Made by a program: the position numbers and the translations under genes. Below the pieces are notes generated by a model. That model was not told the origin of the DNA, did not search any database, and saw only the letters and a list, made by a program, of their open reading frames with translations. A DNA stretch of 51,171 nt, filler included, from Catajapyx aquilonaris (Eukaryota), in assembly GCA_000934665.2 (NCBI GenBank). It is 2 parts of 2 records of this genome, joined end to end, with 100 filler letters (N's around TTAATTAATTAA, not from the genome) between each part and the next. Parts side by side here need not be neighbours in the genome. Positions count along the whole stretch, not along the records: positions 1 to 25,536 come from JYFJ02005353.1; positions 25,637 to 51,171 come from JYFJ02005354.1. The stretch is one strand, 5' to 3'. This document shows positions 20,752 to 33,542 of this stretch, piece by piece (within the stretch, counting starts at the first letter, position 1; every line of letters starts with the position of its first letter).

Positions 20752-22591
20752 AAGCAGTGAAGAGGTCTCGCTCTTGGAAAACGTGGCCCAATATTGAAAT
20801 GGTGAAATTTCTGGTCGATTAGTACACCCTGAAGGATAGCTCTCGTTTCAGATATTGCTTTAATGCAAATTGCATTGTAATCCTTTCTAGCTAAAGTGAT
20901 TTGGAAATTAACTTGCATAAATAAATGAGTGCTTCTGTCTCCCAAGGTAATCGCATTATCAATAGGGAAGGGAAGGGTCAACTCGTACTTACACGTTCAT
21001 GCTCTACCACGAAATGAATGTGTCGGAGACAATTTTCTTCCTCTAGAAGTCCCAAAATTAATTTTCACAAGCATCATCCTAAAAAACTCGAAATTCATGT
21101 ACTACCGGACAACTGTTATAGGTTGGTTTAATTATGAGTTTCGTTAAAATATAGGGAACTAGCAGGTGTTTCTCGAGCGTGTTTTGGTTCTAAAGGTAGG
21201 GTTATCTATATTTTTATATTTAAGGAAGTGTGGTTGTAAAATTTGCACGATATTTGCAAATTAGGCTAGTCAGCATGTTTTTAAAGGGTTGCGGGAAGGC
21301 GAGGAAAATAATAGGCTTCGTAGTGTGCGGCAAAAAGTATGATTCATATAATATGTACAGAAATCAAAACGCAAGACACTAACTTTATTTCATTTTTCGT
21401 ACCAGCAGGTAGTACAACTTTCAGTAAGAGTACTGGTAAATCTGCAAAAATCAATTCTGCCAGATGTGAATGAAAACACTAAGGATACAGTACAATCATT
21501 ACTCAGATACATAATAACCAATATCAAAATTACAATGAGCACACTTCAAAAGCAATCACCTTAATTATAATCATTATTGAAAATATTGTCAAATTCAGAA
21601 GGTCTTGGGATGTAAAATGTGGCCAATACTCATTTTTGTAAACAAGTGCTGCTAATCAGGCACGGTAAAAATAACTTCATTACAATTGCATTATCATGCA
21701 GTAAATCTACATAAATTACGGCTCAAAAGATTTTGTATCACTAATTTTCATGAAAACCCTGCGTACCACCTTGGTACCACGCAACACTGAAATATTCATC
21801 AACAATTTTCGCAAATCGGATGCAATTATTCTCAACTAATTAAATATTATTTTTCTAAGTTGACCTGGAATCACTCATTAGTAAACTTGCTTTCTGACAT
21901 TAAACTGGCATGTGAGCCGCATTGTGCCGCAACCACTGTTTGCACACGGATTCCTGGTCCAGCAATCCCATAATTACTCTCTTTCACAGTAAACGATTGC
22001 ATATCAGCTATTCAACATTCTGCTTAATTATGTGACTCTTCGAGTATCCCATGTCTCTCCCACAGCACTGTGCTCCATAATTGTGCAGACCCAATACCAC
22101 ATCATGGTCACTCAATCCTCACCCCTGACCTTTCCTCCAATCCTTTCTTACGGACCTTTCGAAATCATCCAAGTGCTGGGCCTTTGCATCTGTTGAGTCG
22201 ATAGTTGTTGCCACCTTTCTACCTCCTCCGTCCTTTCATCTCTAGGTGTTATTCTGGCAACAGTTGGCATCGGTTTTCTCTCCTTCCCCACCCAACCTGA
22301 CCAATCTGCTCTCCCCACCCACTTGGACGATTGCGAAAAGTCCATAAGACACTGAACAGACAATATTCCTTTTCTATGTGCAAAATTGATGATTAAAAAT
22401 CACATTGGCTTAGCTTTGGGTTGTTTCTGCACTCGTTTTATTTATACAAAACCTATGGGAGGAATGAAGAGTTTTGATGGTCTTTTCCTCAACATCCCCA
22501 ATCTAAATCCTCATCAAGTTCATAACAATTAAAGATTTCAGATATCATGGTGGATCCAGATAACCCGAGCGGGTCTTTAGCAGGAAATTTA

Positions 22592-22898
22592 CTATTCTTT
22601 TGTGTGTGTTTTCACATGTTTTTTTCTTCTTCAAATTTCGTGAGGCTGCAAACTTATTCCTACAAATCTGACAACTTTATGGCTTCTCCCCTGTGTGGGT
22701 CCTCATATGTTTATTCAAAGTTCCTTGCTCACTAAACTTTTTCTTGCAAACTGAGCAACAGAATGGCTTCTCACCAGAATGGATTCTCATATGAATCCTC
22801 AAATTACTCTGGGAAGTAAATTTCTTCTTGCAAATCTGACAAACCTTCCCCTCCAAGTGTTTCCTTCCTTGCATGTCCTGCTGGTTTCCATTCTTCAC
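22592..22898 (-). pseudogene. C2H2 zinc-finger array remnant
   Basis: [38 protein letters not shown] then an in-frame TAA where Tyr is expected, followed by a degenerate third finger SCQICRNKF..HVKTH. Confidence 0.75.
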
Positions 22899-23087
22899 AT
22901 TTTCTCGAGCATCGTTTGCCTAAAATGGGTAGGATCTCATCACATTCTTGAAATAAATGCAAGTGTACATGAAGAGTGAATGTTGGGACTCGCTAGGCTT
23001 GCCTTGCAATGGCTACACCCCTGAATACGTGTAATTGACACCCTTGTTTTAAATATTCAAGGATGGAAGCATACCCGTAGTATCAGT

Positions 23088-23190
23088 CCAACAAGAATTG
23101 TCGCAGCGGCGGCGCACGACCTACAATCTACGAGCACAGGGACACGAGAGACTGTAGTTCGTGCGCTGCCGTTGCGACAATTCTTGTTGG
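23088..23190. repeat. ~100-bp near-perfect palindrome (mini-MITE or hairpin)
   Basis: CCAACAAGAATTGTCGCAGCGGCGGCGCACGACCTACAATCT pairs with AGACTGTAGTTCGTGCGCTGCCGTTGCGACAATTCTTGTTGG. Confidence 0.8.
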
Positions 23191-23452
23191 GCAGCAGGTA
23201 CAAGAATCAGAGGCCTTTTTGTGTCTACATATTCACACTCTTTGCTTCACGTAGGCCCGATCATTCTCATTATTATTACTACTATATCACTAGCTGCCAC
23301 TTACTTTATTCATACTCTTAACCAGTCCCCGGACCCTCCCCCTATCACCAGACCTTATAGCCTGACGGGGGGAGGTGCTAACTTTAGAGAGCCTTTCCGA
23401 ATCTCTATACCATGGTCATAGAATATACTAAGGTCTGGACAGTCCCACTTAA

Positions 23453-23697
23453 CCCCTGCCGGGGCGTTTTGCATGAGGTGCTCACCTGAGAGCGCCATGA
23501 GACCTTATAGTGCACTGCTATGTGGCGACCCTACCGGACTACGCGCGACCATGTTGGGTCCCCCAATGTAGCGCTTCCCTTTTGTACCTGTAAAGTTCAG
23601 CGTAGTCCGGTAGGGTCGTCACATAGCAGTGCAGTGAAAGGTCTCACTCTCATGGCGCTCTCAGGTGAGCATCTCATGCAAAACGCCCAGGCAGGTG
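23453..23697. mobile_element. Palindromic MITE with piggyBac-like termini
   Basis: TTAA|CCCCTGCCGGGGCGTTTTGCATGAG...CTCATGCAAAACGCCCAGGCAGGTG|ATAA; arms about 90 bp. Confidence 0.75.
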
Positions 23698-24062
23698 ATA
23701 AGATCAGATCGTAGTGTAAGTGTCCGGGGGCTGCTCTATACCTATTCTAAGGCCATGCTCTATACATACGTGACGACCCGACCGGACAGCGCCGAACTTA
23801 GGAAGATGGGAAACGTCGGTCAAACCTAAGAATCTCATACGATCGTACGACGCTTCCCTTCTTCCTGAGGTCAGCGCTGTGGGGCCGTCCATAATCCGCG
23901 CCGACATATGTTTTCACTTTTTTACCTCCCCTTTGCAGACAGAAGCGGACAATATCTTACCTCCCCACCCCCCTAAAAATTGCGCGGATATGGCCTCCTT
24001 CCTTGACCCCCCACCCCTACCCTTCGCCACACTGAAAGTGCTGTTATTTTCAATACATTATT

Positions 24063-25140
24063 GGGTCATTCCATGTCAAATCATCACAGTTTGGAATTAA
24101 AATTGGCCTTGACCCCTTGGATTTTGATGAAACTTGGTGTACCAAGTGTCCTTATACATAGTTATGAATGAAAACCACAAGAAAGATTTTTTTTTTTTTG
24201 CCTGCCGTTCAAAAGTTATTAAATATCAAATATTCCAATTTTGACTAAAAATTGCTGCGTCTTGACATACTCAAGTATTATTTTCTCAGGAACCAGATGA
24301 GATATAAACCTGGGAAATATCTCATATTAAAGGTCTTTCAATGGGCTTTGATTTGAAATGTAGCACTGCAGAGGTTATCATATTCATTAAAAATTTTAAT
24401 CTCAATTAAATATTTAAATTTAAATATTTCAAAAAACCGTATTTTTAAAACTTTGAAAAAATTCCCAAAAATACTTTGTATACTATCCTCTTGCACCTCC
24501 CAAAGTTTCATTTTGGGATCGCAATGGGATCATGTTATACACAGAGTACATGTTTCACATGTTGTATGGAAAAATAGCTATGACTTATTATCATCAGTAG
24601 TTTTTAAAACTATAATGTACGTATATGCCAGTTTCATTTTTAAAGTACAAAGGTAAATTTATGGAACAATATTACTTTGATTTTAAAATTTAAATTATTT
24701 AGATTGCAGAAACGGAGATACCAGAATGGAGCTTATTAATTGCCCCTTCCCACCCACTCCTCTATTTAGCTTGAGAACCTATTGTGAGTGAGTGAGTGAG
24801 CTTATTAATTGCTGAAGCGAAAGTGACATTTCTCCATCCATCAGGACCTTCTTCTTTTTCTTACCCTTCACCACCTGATGTGCTCTGGATTCCTTATACT
24901 GATGTAATTTGCAAAGTGAATCCCCACACACCAACTGGTAGGGTAAGAAAAAGATTTTTTTTTCTTGTACACTTAAGTCAGTTATTTAGTTGCCATACAC
25001 TAAGAATGAAAAATGTGGATTTTTCACTTTTCAAGTGTGAAACTAGAATTTTTAAATGGTAAATATTCAATATTTGGTTTTTCAGAGATTGGAAACCTTC
25101 CAGAATTTTCATTTTAATGACAATTGCTGTGTGTTAAAAT
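24063..25140 (+). mobile_element. DNA-transposon remnant (possibly Sola-type) with a transposase C-terminal fragment
   Basis: The terminus GGGTCATTCCATGT at 24063 recurs at 32512. 24810-24945 reads EAKVTFLHPSGPSSFSYPSPPDVLWIP..DVICKVNP.TPTGR, recalled as a transposase C-terminal motif. The right boundary is uncertain. Confidence 0.5.
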
Positions 25141-25299
25141 GGCGCATATTTTTATAAACCATGTACACCGCAACTAATATTCAATCTAATTGCCAGTTCA
25201 ATATTCATGTGCAGAGCTTGTGTTAAAAGTGTCGGAATATTACATCTCTCTTGACATACTCCGACCCCATCGTGTGAACATGCACAACCCGCGTAATTT

Positions 25300-25536
25300 T
25301 GCCTTCCGACGCCTCCATCACTTCCACCAGGTGCCTCCTCCCTGTCTGGATCAGTGTCAGCCACATGCCTGTCCCTGCTCTCGGGGTCACTTTCCTGGCT
25401 GCTGTTGCCTTTCTTCTCCTCCTCCTCCGCCTCCTCTGGCTCCACTTTGACCATCCTGACCCTTCTTCTTCCTCCCCAACATTCCTTGACCGTCTCCTCC
25501 TCCTCCTTGGTGAACCTGATTGTGACCTCCACTGGT
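25300..25536 (-). other. Possible acidic coding exon truncated at the contig end
   Basis: GC-rich open frame EVTIRFTKEEEE..VKVEPEEAEEEE.. running into the gap; VKxE motif typical of zinc-finger transcription-factor linkers. Confidence 0.35.
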
Positions 25537-25636
25537 NNNNNNNNNNNNNNNNNNNNNNNNNNNNNNNNNNNNNNNNNNNNTTAATTAATTAANNNNNNNN
25601 NNNNNNNNNNNNNNNNNNNNNNNNNNNNNNNNNNNN
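25537..25636. other. Artificial contig-joining linker (six-frame stop)
   Basis: 44 N + TTAATTAATTAA (25581-25592) + 44 N = exactly 100 nt. Confidence 0.95.
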
Positions 25637-28600
25637 CCCCCTCTCTCTTTTTTTGGGGGGCTAGCAGTAAACCCCCCTCTTCTAATCCTCTTCCAAACTT
25701 TGAGACCCGAATAGTTTTGTTTACACTTTTCAGCCCGGATTACAGGATAATATGGCACCATTCAAAATTATCTGAACCATCCGTTTGGAGCGCTCCAGTC
25801 TACTGCCATGGACCGACGCCATCTATTAAGACCAATGTTTTTAAAAACAGGAAAGAATTCAGTATATGGCGAAAGCTTCTCCTAAAAATTCTATAGTGGC
25901 TGACATGGGTAGTTTCATCCTAGCATGATGCAACCCAACATGATTTGAATAATGCCAAAATATAAGTAAAATGCCAAATTTTTGTTGCATTTTCTCGCCC
26001 AAATCTGACGTCCCAAATTCCACACTAACTGAACACCCCCCCAAAAAATTCTGAAGTGCCATTGTCTAGCGGTCTGTCTCTGACACCGTTGTCAATGGCA
26101 TCCCAGCAGCCTTTCCCTCCCAAGCCCCTGGCAAGCGGCTTCTATTAATTAGTAATTAACAAGCGCTCGTCGTTGCCTTTTCGCGGCACTCAAGTGCATC
26201 CCTGGCAGGCCGGGAAATACAAAATTGATGCGGGGAAGTAGAAAGTGGGGATAGCAGCGATCCTAACATCCGCGCATTCGACGGTCATTAGCATCTAAAT
26301 CGGAAGCTTCCAGGCTTGTTTCGCAATTTCATCTCCTGGCCGCGCGTGGAACGTTAGCCTAATTATTATTCTACTAACAGTTCGAGCATTATGTATCTAG
26401 TTTCGACTCCCCCACCCTTCCAACAGGCTAGACAGAATATGACGGGTATAAGACTAAGGTATTGTCCTGATTTGATAACTGTTTGTGTAAGGCAATTCGC
26501 AATTAATATTGTGCTGGCGCAGAGCGACACTTGAACTATTTGCACGCCGAATTTGTCCCATAGGCCTGCTTGCACAGCAGAAAGCCGTTAAATACACAGG
26601 ATGTAATATTTAGGCATCAACAAACCCACCCACGCAGTACCGTTTATTGTTGATATAATTCCGTAACTAGCGCAAACAGAGTACAATTCACCGCGGGCAA
26701 GCTTCTCTTTTGTCATTCCGCAAACGAAGCATTGTTAACGTATAAACTGTTGCAGAGCCGCGCCGCATTTAATAGTTTTCTGGCCAATATTTACCGACAA
26801 ACAGTACACATAAATACATATTTTCATGGGAAAATACTTCGGTGCCCTGCGGATTTCACCTCGGCAAATTGTGCTTCATGTGGATTAACCAATGTGTTTC
26901 ACATGGCAGGTTATTGCACCAATCTTACCGACTGCAAAATGTGCATATCTTATACGCGTACATGCAGATCCGACTTACGTATTACGTAAACTCTGCCTGC
27001 TTTCTGTACTTGTACCAAAAATGTTCATGCTTTTTCGATTCGATCTTACAACTGCACCAAAGCAATACTGAACAAGACTAATAAAAAGTAGTTTGCAAAC
27101 TTTGTTCCCAACTTGTAAGCAACAAGAAGCGCGCTCATAAACTCGCATTTATCTTATTTTCCTTTATTGCCTTTTTTACAGCTTTCTGCTGGATGAAACG
27201 TGCGCGATATGAGCAATGTGAAACGCGTGCTGAAACACTTGTACAGCAGAACGTCATGTCCAAGCAAAAGTGGAGTACATCCTTTAGTCTCCCCCAACAT
27301 CACATAATTTGAATCACGCTAGTGGACCCACGTGGCCACTCCTTGTTGGCTCGCATTCCTAACAGCCTACTTGTCATGCACAGATCAGTGGCCATAAAAT
27401 AGCGAGGAAGGGTAAGTAGAGGAAGGCAAAAGCTCGGAATCGGACCAGATAACCCCTACCATCCCTCCCTCCCAGACAAATGAACAAGCCACGACCTTTC
27501 CCTCACTTACATTACGGGGATTGAAGATGGCTGGATTTGGCTAATTGCTCTCAGGGGAGGTCAAAACCCAGGAGAGATTAGAGGATGAGGAGGAGGAACT
27601 ATGGGGGGGAGGGGAATCGGGATTATAATTATCATCATCCACCTTTTGTGGGCTTGTCATGCATGCATTCCTTTTATGGGTTATCATAAAACTCTACTCA
27701 TCACTTGTAATGAGAACAGAGCTTGGCTCAATAAGACTGGCTGCTGCTGGGATGGGGGAGGGATGGACAAAGTGAATCAACAGCGCAAGCGTCTTTCATG
27801 TCTAAAACGCATTTTACCCTCAGCTATTTATCACTGTTTTTTTTTGAGCGGTTTCAAAAGGGATGGGGGCATTTTATACCTGTCTTGTTCTGGTGGAATA
27901 TTCGGTATAATTGGATAATCTGAAGTGAAAGATGATGTGTATTTAAATATCTGTTTGTGAATTAGCATGTCATATCGAGTAGATCTGATGCAATATTTTG
28001 TATACCACCACAACACTGACGGGCTCAACTACAACAATGGGCTTAACCCACATTTTGAAGTGTACTGTACTGTACGTTCAAGTGTTTGGGAAATTCCCAA
28101 TCTTACCCCTGGCAGGAACGAAATGTGGCGAACAAGAGAAGCGCGTAGGTTGTCTAATCGACAGGATGAAGTCATCCTACGAGAATTCAAAGGCTGATCG
28201 GGACAGACAGACAGACAGCGCCTCTTCCACCGGCCGACACCCCAACTTCACTCTACACCTTTCGATGGTATCGTCCTGTTGTGTAATGGCCGCCCTTTGT
28301 TTGTGTTTACCTCCAGAGAGACGGGGCCAAACTTGCGAGGACTCCAGCTGCTGGGGCTTGCCCTGTCGGGTGTAAGTCTAGGGGTGGACTGAATGAAAGG
28401 CGGGCGGATCGGATAGGGACAAAATTTTGGGAGGGTAGGACCTGGGAGGCAGGACAATGGACAAGGCATGGCCATGTGTCGCCACTGCAATGACTAGACG
28501 TGACAGTGGTGTCAACTGTCTGGTCCAGTTCAAAACAAAGCTATGATTAAAGTCCACTGAGAGTTCACTGGACTTTTATCTACACTATTTACGGTCAAAA

Positions 28601-28781
28601 ATGTGGCATTATAGTACACCTACCTGGGTTGCTGAGTACTGACAAGGTACTGAGATAAGAAGTGGTGATATTAATTTTACAATGTAATTATCAGCTGAAA
28701 GTGATGATAAAGGAGTGCAAGATGTAACATGCCGCTGAAGGTTCAACATGCTTGATTTTCTGATGCTGCTTTTCACAGGCA

Positions 28782-31700
28782 ATGGCGGGGAAGAGGACAC
28801 ACACACCTGACACTAAGCCGACGCCCAACAAGAAGCGAAAAGGCAACGAGAAGCAAATACCAAGTCAGAAGCAGGCAACTAAGAAGAAGCGAGAGACCAG
28901 TGAGAAGCCAGTACCTAAGAAGCGAGAATCTAGTGAGAAGCGGAAGCACAGCAAGAAGCCAAAGGAGTCCGAGCCTTCCAAGGATGAGTTTTCTGCCTTG
29001 GAGCAGCGTATGTTTGATGACGTGGAAATGGACGCCACAATTGAGCAGGCGCCTGATACGTCAAAGATGGACATAACCGCACTATTGGAATATGGCGAAG
29101 GCATATCTAAAGGGTAGGTTGTGGTTATGGGCTGGCAAATAAATGAACATTCGTGGAATACCGCAGAGATCAGGACTGCACAAATTATGAAAATAACAGC
29201 ATCTCGTTATTTTGAATACAATTTTTTTTTCAGGCCACCTTTGCAAAAACCAGATGTTGAGGAAATGGATTCAAGTGATGAGTCAGATTGGGAAGAAGTG
29301 GAGACGCTGGAGGAGAAGCCGTACACAATCCCAAAGGAAGGTGTGGAGATCACCATTGCACAGCCGACCCAAACGAAGAAGAAAAAAGGCTTTGACCTCG
29401 AGGCGTACATGAGGCGACAACTGATGCGACGTAGGCGAGAGGTTCAGGTGGATATGCATTGCGTACACTTGCTGTGCCTCATAGCACATGGGCGATACAT
29501 CAACTCGGTTCTCAATTCAGAGTCGCTGTTAGGAAGTGCACTGTCACTAATTCCCAATGAGCAGTGCTATCCACCAAAACGTATTGATATGAATTATCTT
29601 GAAAAATTTATGCACTGGTTTAGAAAGAGGATTCCACTAAGTAAGGAAGAAACAGTAGCATATGAACATCCACTGGAGGAGTCGCTACAGGAAAGGTTTG
29701 AAGAGCAGGTTGCTAAGAGTCGCACTGAGTTAGTCTTCATGTTTGTGGTTGTGTTGCGAGCTTTAGGTGTGGAAGCAAGGCTTATTATGTCCTTGCAACC
29801 AGTGTCAATGAAAATCAGATTGGCACCTGATAAGGCTGGGAAAAATAAAGATGGTGAAGAAGATGGCGGAACCCCGTCCAAATCTAGTGACAGCAGTGCT
29901 AACAGCCAGCCAGAAGTGAAATCCAAATCTACCTCGGGTAAGTGCCATACAAAAGCAACAAAGAAGCCGGCTAACAGTACATCAAAAGGCAAGTCGAAAG
30001 GCACAAACAGTATTAGTGAAGTTCCCCCAAAATTAGCAACTAAAAGCACCAAACACACTTCCGATGTTAAGGTCGAGACGAAACCTGATGTTAAGTCACC
30101 TGCAAAGAACAGTGTTGGAAAAACTCTTAGGAATAGAATTAATCACAAGAAAGCAACGCAGGTCAAGGATGAGTCAACATCAGAGGACATTACGGATTGT
30201 GAAGTACAAAAATTAGGTGATAGGAAGAGTTCAGCAAAAGTCATAATACTTGAAACAAAATCTGACAAGGTGCAAAGAAGTCATCAGGCTCCTCAAAGTT
30301 TATCAGGAAGAAGTAAGCTCAAAACTGAGGAAAATGTGAAAGGTTCATCAACGACGACATCAAATGGTATTGTTGAGCAGGTCAAATCCAAAGGAAAGTC
30401 GAAGCCTCTGAAATTGCCAGAAAAAGCAAATCCCAAACGTAAGTCCAGTTTCATGCTCAGGAAAGTGAAACCAAGCACCAGCTACAAAGAGTCGAGTGGT
30501 TCTGATGCTGAAATTACTGACGAATCGCCTGAAGAAGAAGCAGAATACAGCAACTCCTCTAGTGATTTTGAAGAGTTGCCAGAGCGCCCCAGGAAGAACT
30601 CGTCCTCGCCAAAAGAAGTCCGAGAGTCAAAAAAGGATCGGCATGACATTTGGGTTGAAGTTTACATGGAGCAAGAAGAGCATTGGATGACAATTGACAT
30701 ACTGAAGGAGAAATTACACTGCTCGTCAGAAATGGAGTCGAGGGTGACACCGCCTGTCAGCTATGTGCTTGCATTCAGTAACAACCTGAGCGTGAAGGAT
30801 GTGACTCGTAGGTATGCGTCACATTGGATGTCACACACTCAGAAACTACGTGTGGAGAAGGACTGGTGGGAGGAGTCCCTAAGGCCATTTAGAGGAAAAC
30901 GATCAAGACGAGATAAAATGGAGGATGAAGAGCTGGATGAAGAACAGATGCAACGACCCATGCCTACAGCTATCGGAGAGTAAGTATAGATTTAACAATT
31001 GAACATAAAGAGAGGTAGATTTCTTGATTTCTGTAATGTCACTAACCGAAATTTTGGTTATTGTTTTATTGTACCTTCTTCTATTGACAGGTTCAAGAAT
31101 CACCCTTTGTATGCCCTGAGGCGTCACCTTCTCAAGTTTGAAGCCATTTATCCACCAAATGCCCCCACACTTGGGTTCATCCGTAAAGAACCAGTTTATG
31201 CCAGAGAGTGCGTGAGGACTCTTCACTCCAGAGCGACCTGGCTGAAGCAAGCAAAGTCCGTGCGTTTAAAGGAGGAACCTTACAAGATCGTCAAAGCCAG
31301 GCCAAAATGGGACAGGGTAAATCTGTAAAATCGCTGTATTAATTCACAAAATTAATCTGTGCGCTTCTGTTGCTACAGAGAAACAGGCAAGTGATTACCG
31401 ACCAGCCATTAGAACTGTTTGGCGAGTGGCAAGTTGAGGACTACATTCCCCCACCTGCTGTTGATGGGAAAGTTCCTCGCAATGAGTATGGAAATGTGGA
31501 GCTCTTCCAGCCCTGCATGCTACCAAAAGGGACAGTTCATCTTCAGCGTAAGTTGCAGTACTGTATTAGTATTCAGTCTGTGGTTAAAATCTGGTGTAGT
31601 TATGGTAACAAACGATAAGAGATTTTATCACTAGAGGCCTTAAAAACTGGGTATTCCAAAAGGTGTCAGGAAGAAAATGATGCAACTTGTCATGAAAACA

Positions 31701-32223
31701 CTGTGTGTATGATTGTCAAGGCCAGCGACATGTGCAGCAATATACTCGACAGTTGCCATTGTGCTTGGTTAGCATAATGTGTAAGTATTTTTTTCACTCC
31801 AGTTCCAGGTCTGAGCCGCACTGCCAAAAAGCTAGGTATCGACTGCGCTCCGGCAATGGTTGGCTGGGATTTCAACATGCACGGGACTTTCGCCAATTAC
31901 GATGGATTTGTTGTCTGTGAGGAATTCAAAGACCTTCTCATCGATGCGTGGAAGCAAGTGAGTGTGTGCATAAAATTACAGTACTTATTACCAGATACTG
32001 ACCGATATTTTTGTAGGAGCAAGTAGAGCAGCGAAAAAGAGAGAGAGAAAAGGTAGAGAAGAGGGCATTGGACAACTGGAAGAGATTAATAAAAGGACTT
32101 CTGATAAGGGAGAGGCTCAATAAGAAGTATGACTTTGGAAACATGGCTAGCACTAGCCAGAGCAATGATGGCGCTGGAACCAGTAAAGGAAAGAGGGGAC
32201 GCAAATCTAGCTCCAAGAAGTGA
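28782..32223 (+). CDS. XPC: DNA repair protein XPC/Rad4 homolog (~944 aa)
   Basis: Exons 28782-29113, 29234-30979, 31091-31316, 31379-31547, 31803-31957, 32017-32223; phases consistent. Motifs: [97 protein letters not shown] near 32336. Confidence 0.96.
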
Positions 32224-32581
32224 TATAAATATAGTATTGTACCTTATTTTGTACTCGATTTAACAGCAGGGATATTATACAGTGCATGATGCAATCATGA
32301 AGTTAACAACTCATAAATGGTAGGCCTATTAGTAAAATAAAGTCAACTAACTGTCACTATTGTCAATTATTTCTAAACTGATTATGCATTTTTATGCAGT
32401 TCCATCATCAATTCACGTCACCTCTGGCAATGCATAGCTAATAAGCAAAATTGGACTGTGTTATGTAATAATGAGTCAACCCACATGAGAACAGTTTTGA
32501 GAAAAAGAGTTGGGTCATTCCATGTTAACACAGACAAGTTGGTGGCTCTACCATCTCAGAGTTTGATATTATTATATAGTG

Positions 32582-32583
<2 letters not shown>

Positions 32584-32650
<67 letters not shown>

Positions 32651-32961
32651 CCTGGGGTAGTGCTTTCACCCCCAGATGGGTGTATATCACACCGACCTTT
32701 ATTTTGATATTGGTACAGCTGGTGCCTATTCATTGAAGCGCCTGGGCCCATGGGCAGGATGACAGGAGGGCATGCGCAAAGTGCAGTGCGCGGACTGATA
32801 TGGGTACATATTGTGAACTCCCCCGGGTGGTTTAGTCTATTGGAAATACCACCCGAGACGAAGCCAGAGACAACCTAAACTCTGCACGAGATGAAGGGGG
32901 TGTCCCGGGACCTTAACATCCGTGGGCGCGTACGTCACCGCAACGCCACTCCGCCTCCCCC
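32584..32961 (-). mobile_element. tRNA-derived SINE with (ATT)n tail, copy 1
   Basis: Minus-strand head GGGGAGGCGGAGTGGCGTTGCGG (A-box-like). Body homologous to the next copy. (AAT)n tract at 32584-32650. Confidence 0.7.
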
Positions 32962-33025
<64 letters not shown>

Positions 33026-33374
33026 GAGTTTAGTGCACCGCCCTGGGTGCATCTGGGAAAGTACCTTTATTTTGCCTTTTTGAGAAGTACAAACCTGGCC
33101 CTTTTACATATCACCCAGGTACCGCGAGCGATGGGGGGTGACTGGGAGGGGATGTGCAAAGTGCAAGTGCAATGTGGTACATTTTGTGAACTCCCCCGGG
33201 TGGATTAGTCTGTTGGAAATTCCACCCAAGATGAAGCCAGAGACGACCCGAACTCTGCATGAGATTGGGGGGNNNGGGGGGGGATGCCCGGGCTTGGTAC
33301 TATTGAACCCGGGACCCTTACATCCGTGGGTACATAATTATATACGTTACTGCAGTGCCACTCTGTCTCCCCCT
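32962..33374 (-). mobile_element. tRNA-derived SINE with (ATT)n tail, copy 2
   Basis: Head GGGGGAGACAGAGTGGCACTGCAG, B-box-like CCCGGGTTCAAT. Shared body TGTGAACTCCCCCGGGTGG..GAAGCCAGAGAC. (AAT)n tract at 32962-33024. Confidence 0.7.
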
Positions 33375-33542
33375 ACTACAGTTGTGTACAGTTTATTGTG
33401 AGAGCCCACACAACTGCATGGGGAGATGCAGCATTGTATAAAAACCAGTAAATAGCATGGAACAAAATTAATCATTCATTCCACTTCGCACATTAGTGCT
33501 TGTCTTTATTCTTATTCCAATCTGCACACTTGAACAATGTCT

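Noticed and set aside
21000..22500. Coding or structured RNA signal
   Set aside because: AT-rich intergenic sequence with only short, unsupported ORFs.
25637..28100. LSM3 or another coding gene head-to-head with XPC, as in vertebrates
   Set aside because: No Sm-domain or other recognisable coding exons seen.
32837..33208. Poly-Ile and poly-Tyr ORFs
   Set aside because: Artefacts of the (AAT)n SINE tail.
32920..33374. tRNA genes
   Set aside because: Only degenerate A/B boxes, no cloverleaf, and attached to repeated bodies with simple-repeat tails, so treated as SINE heads.
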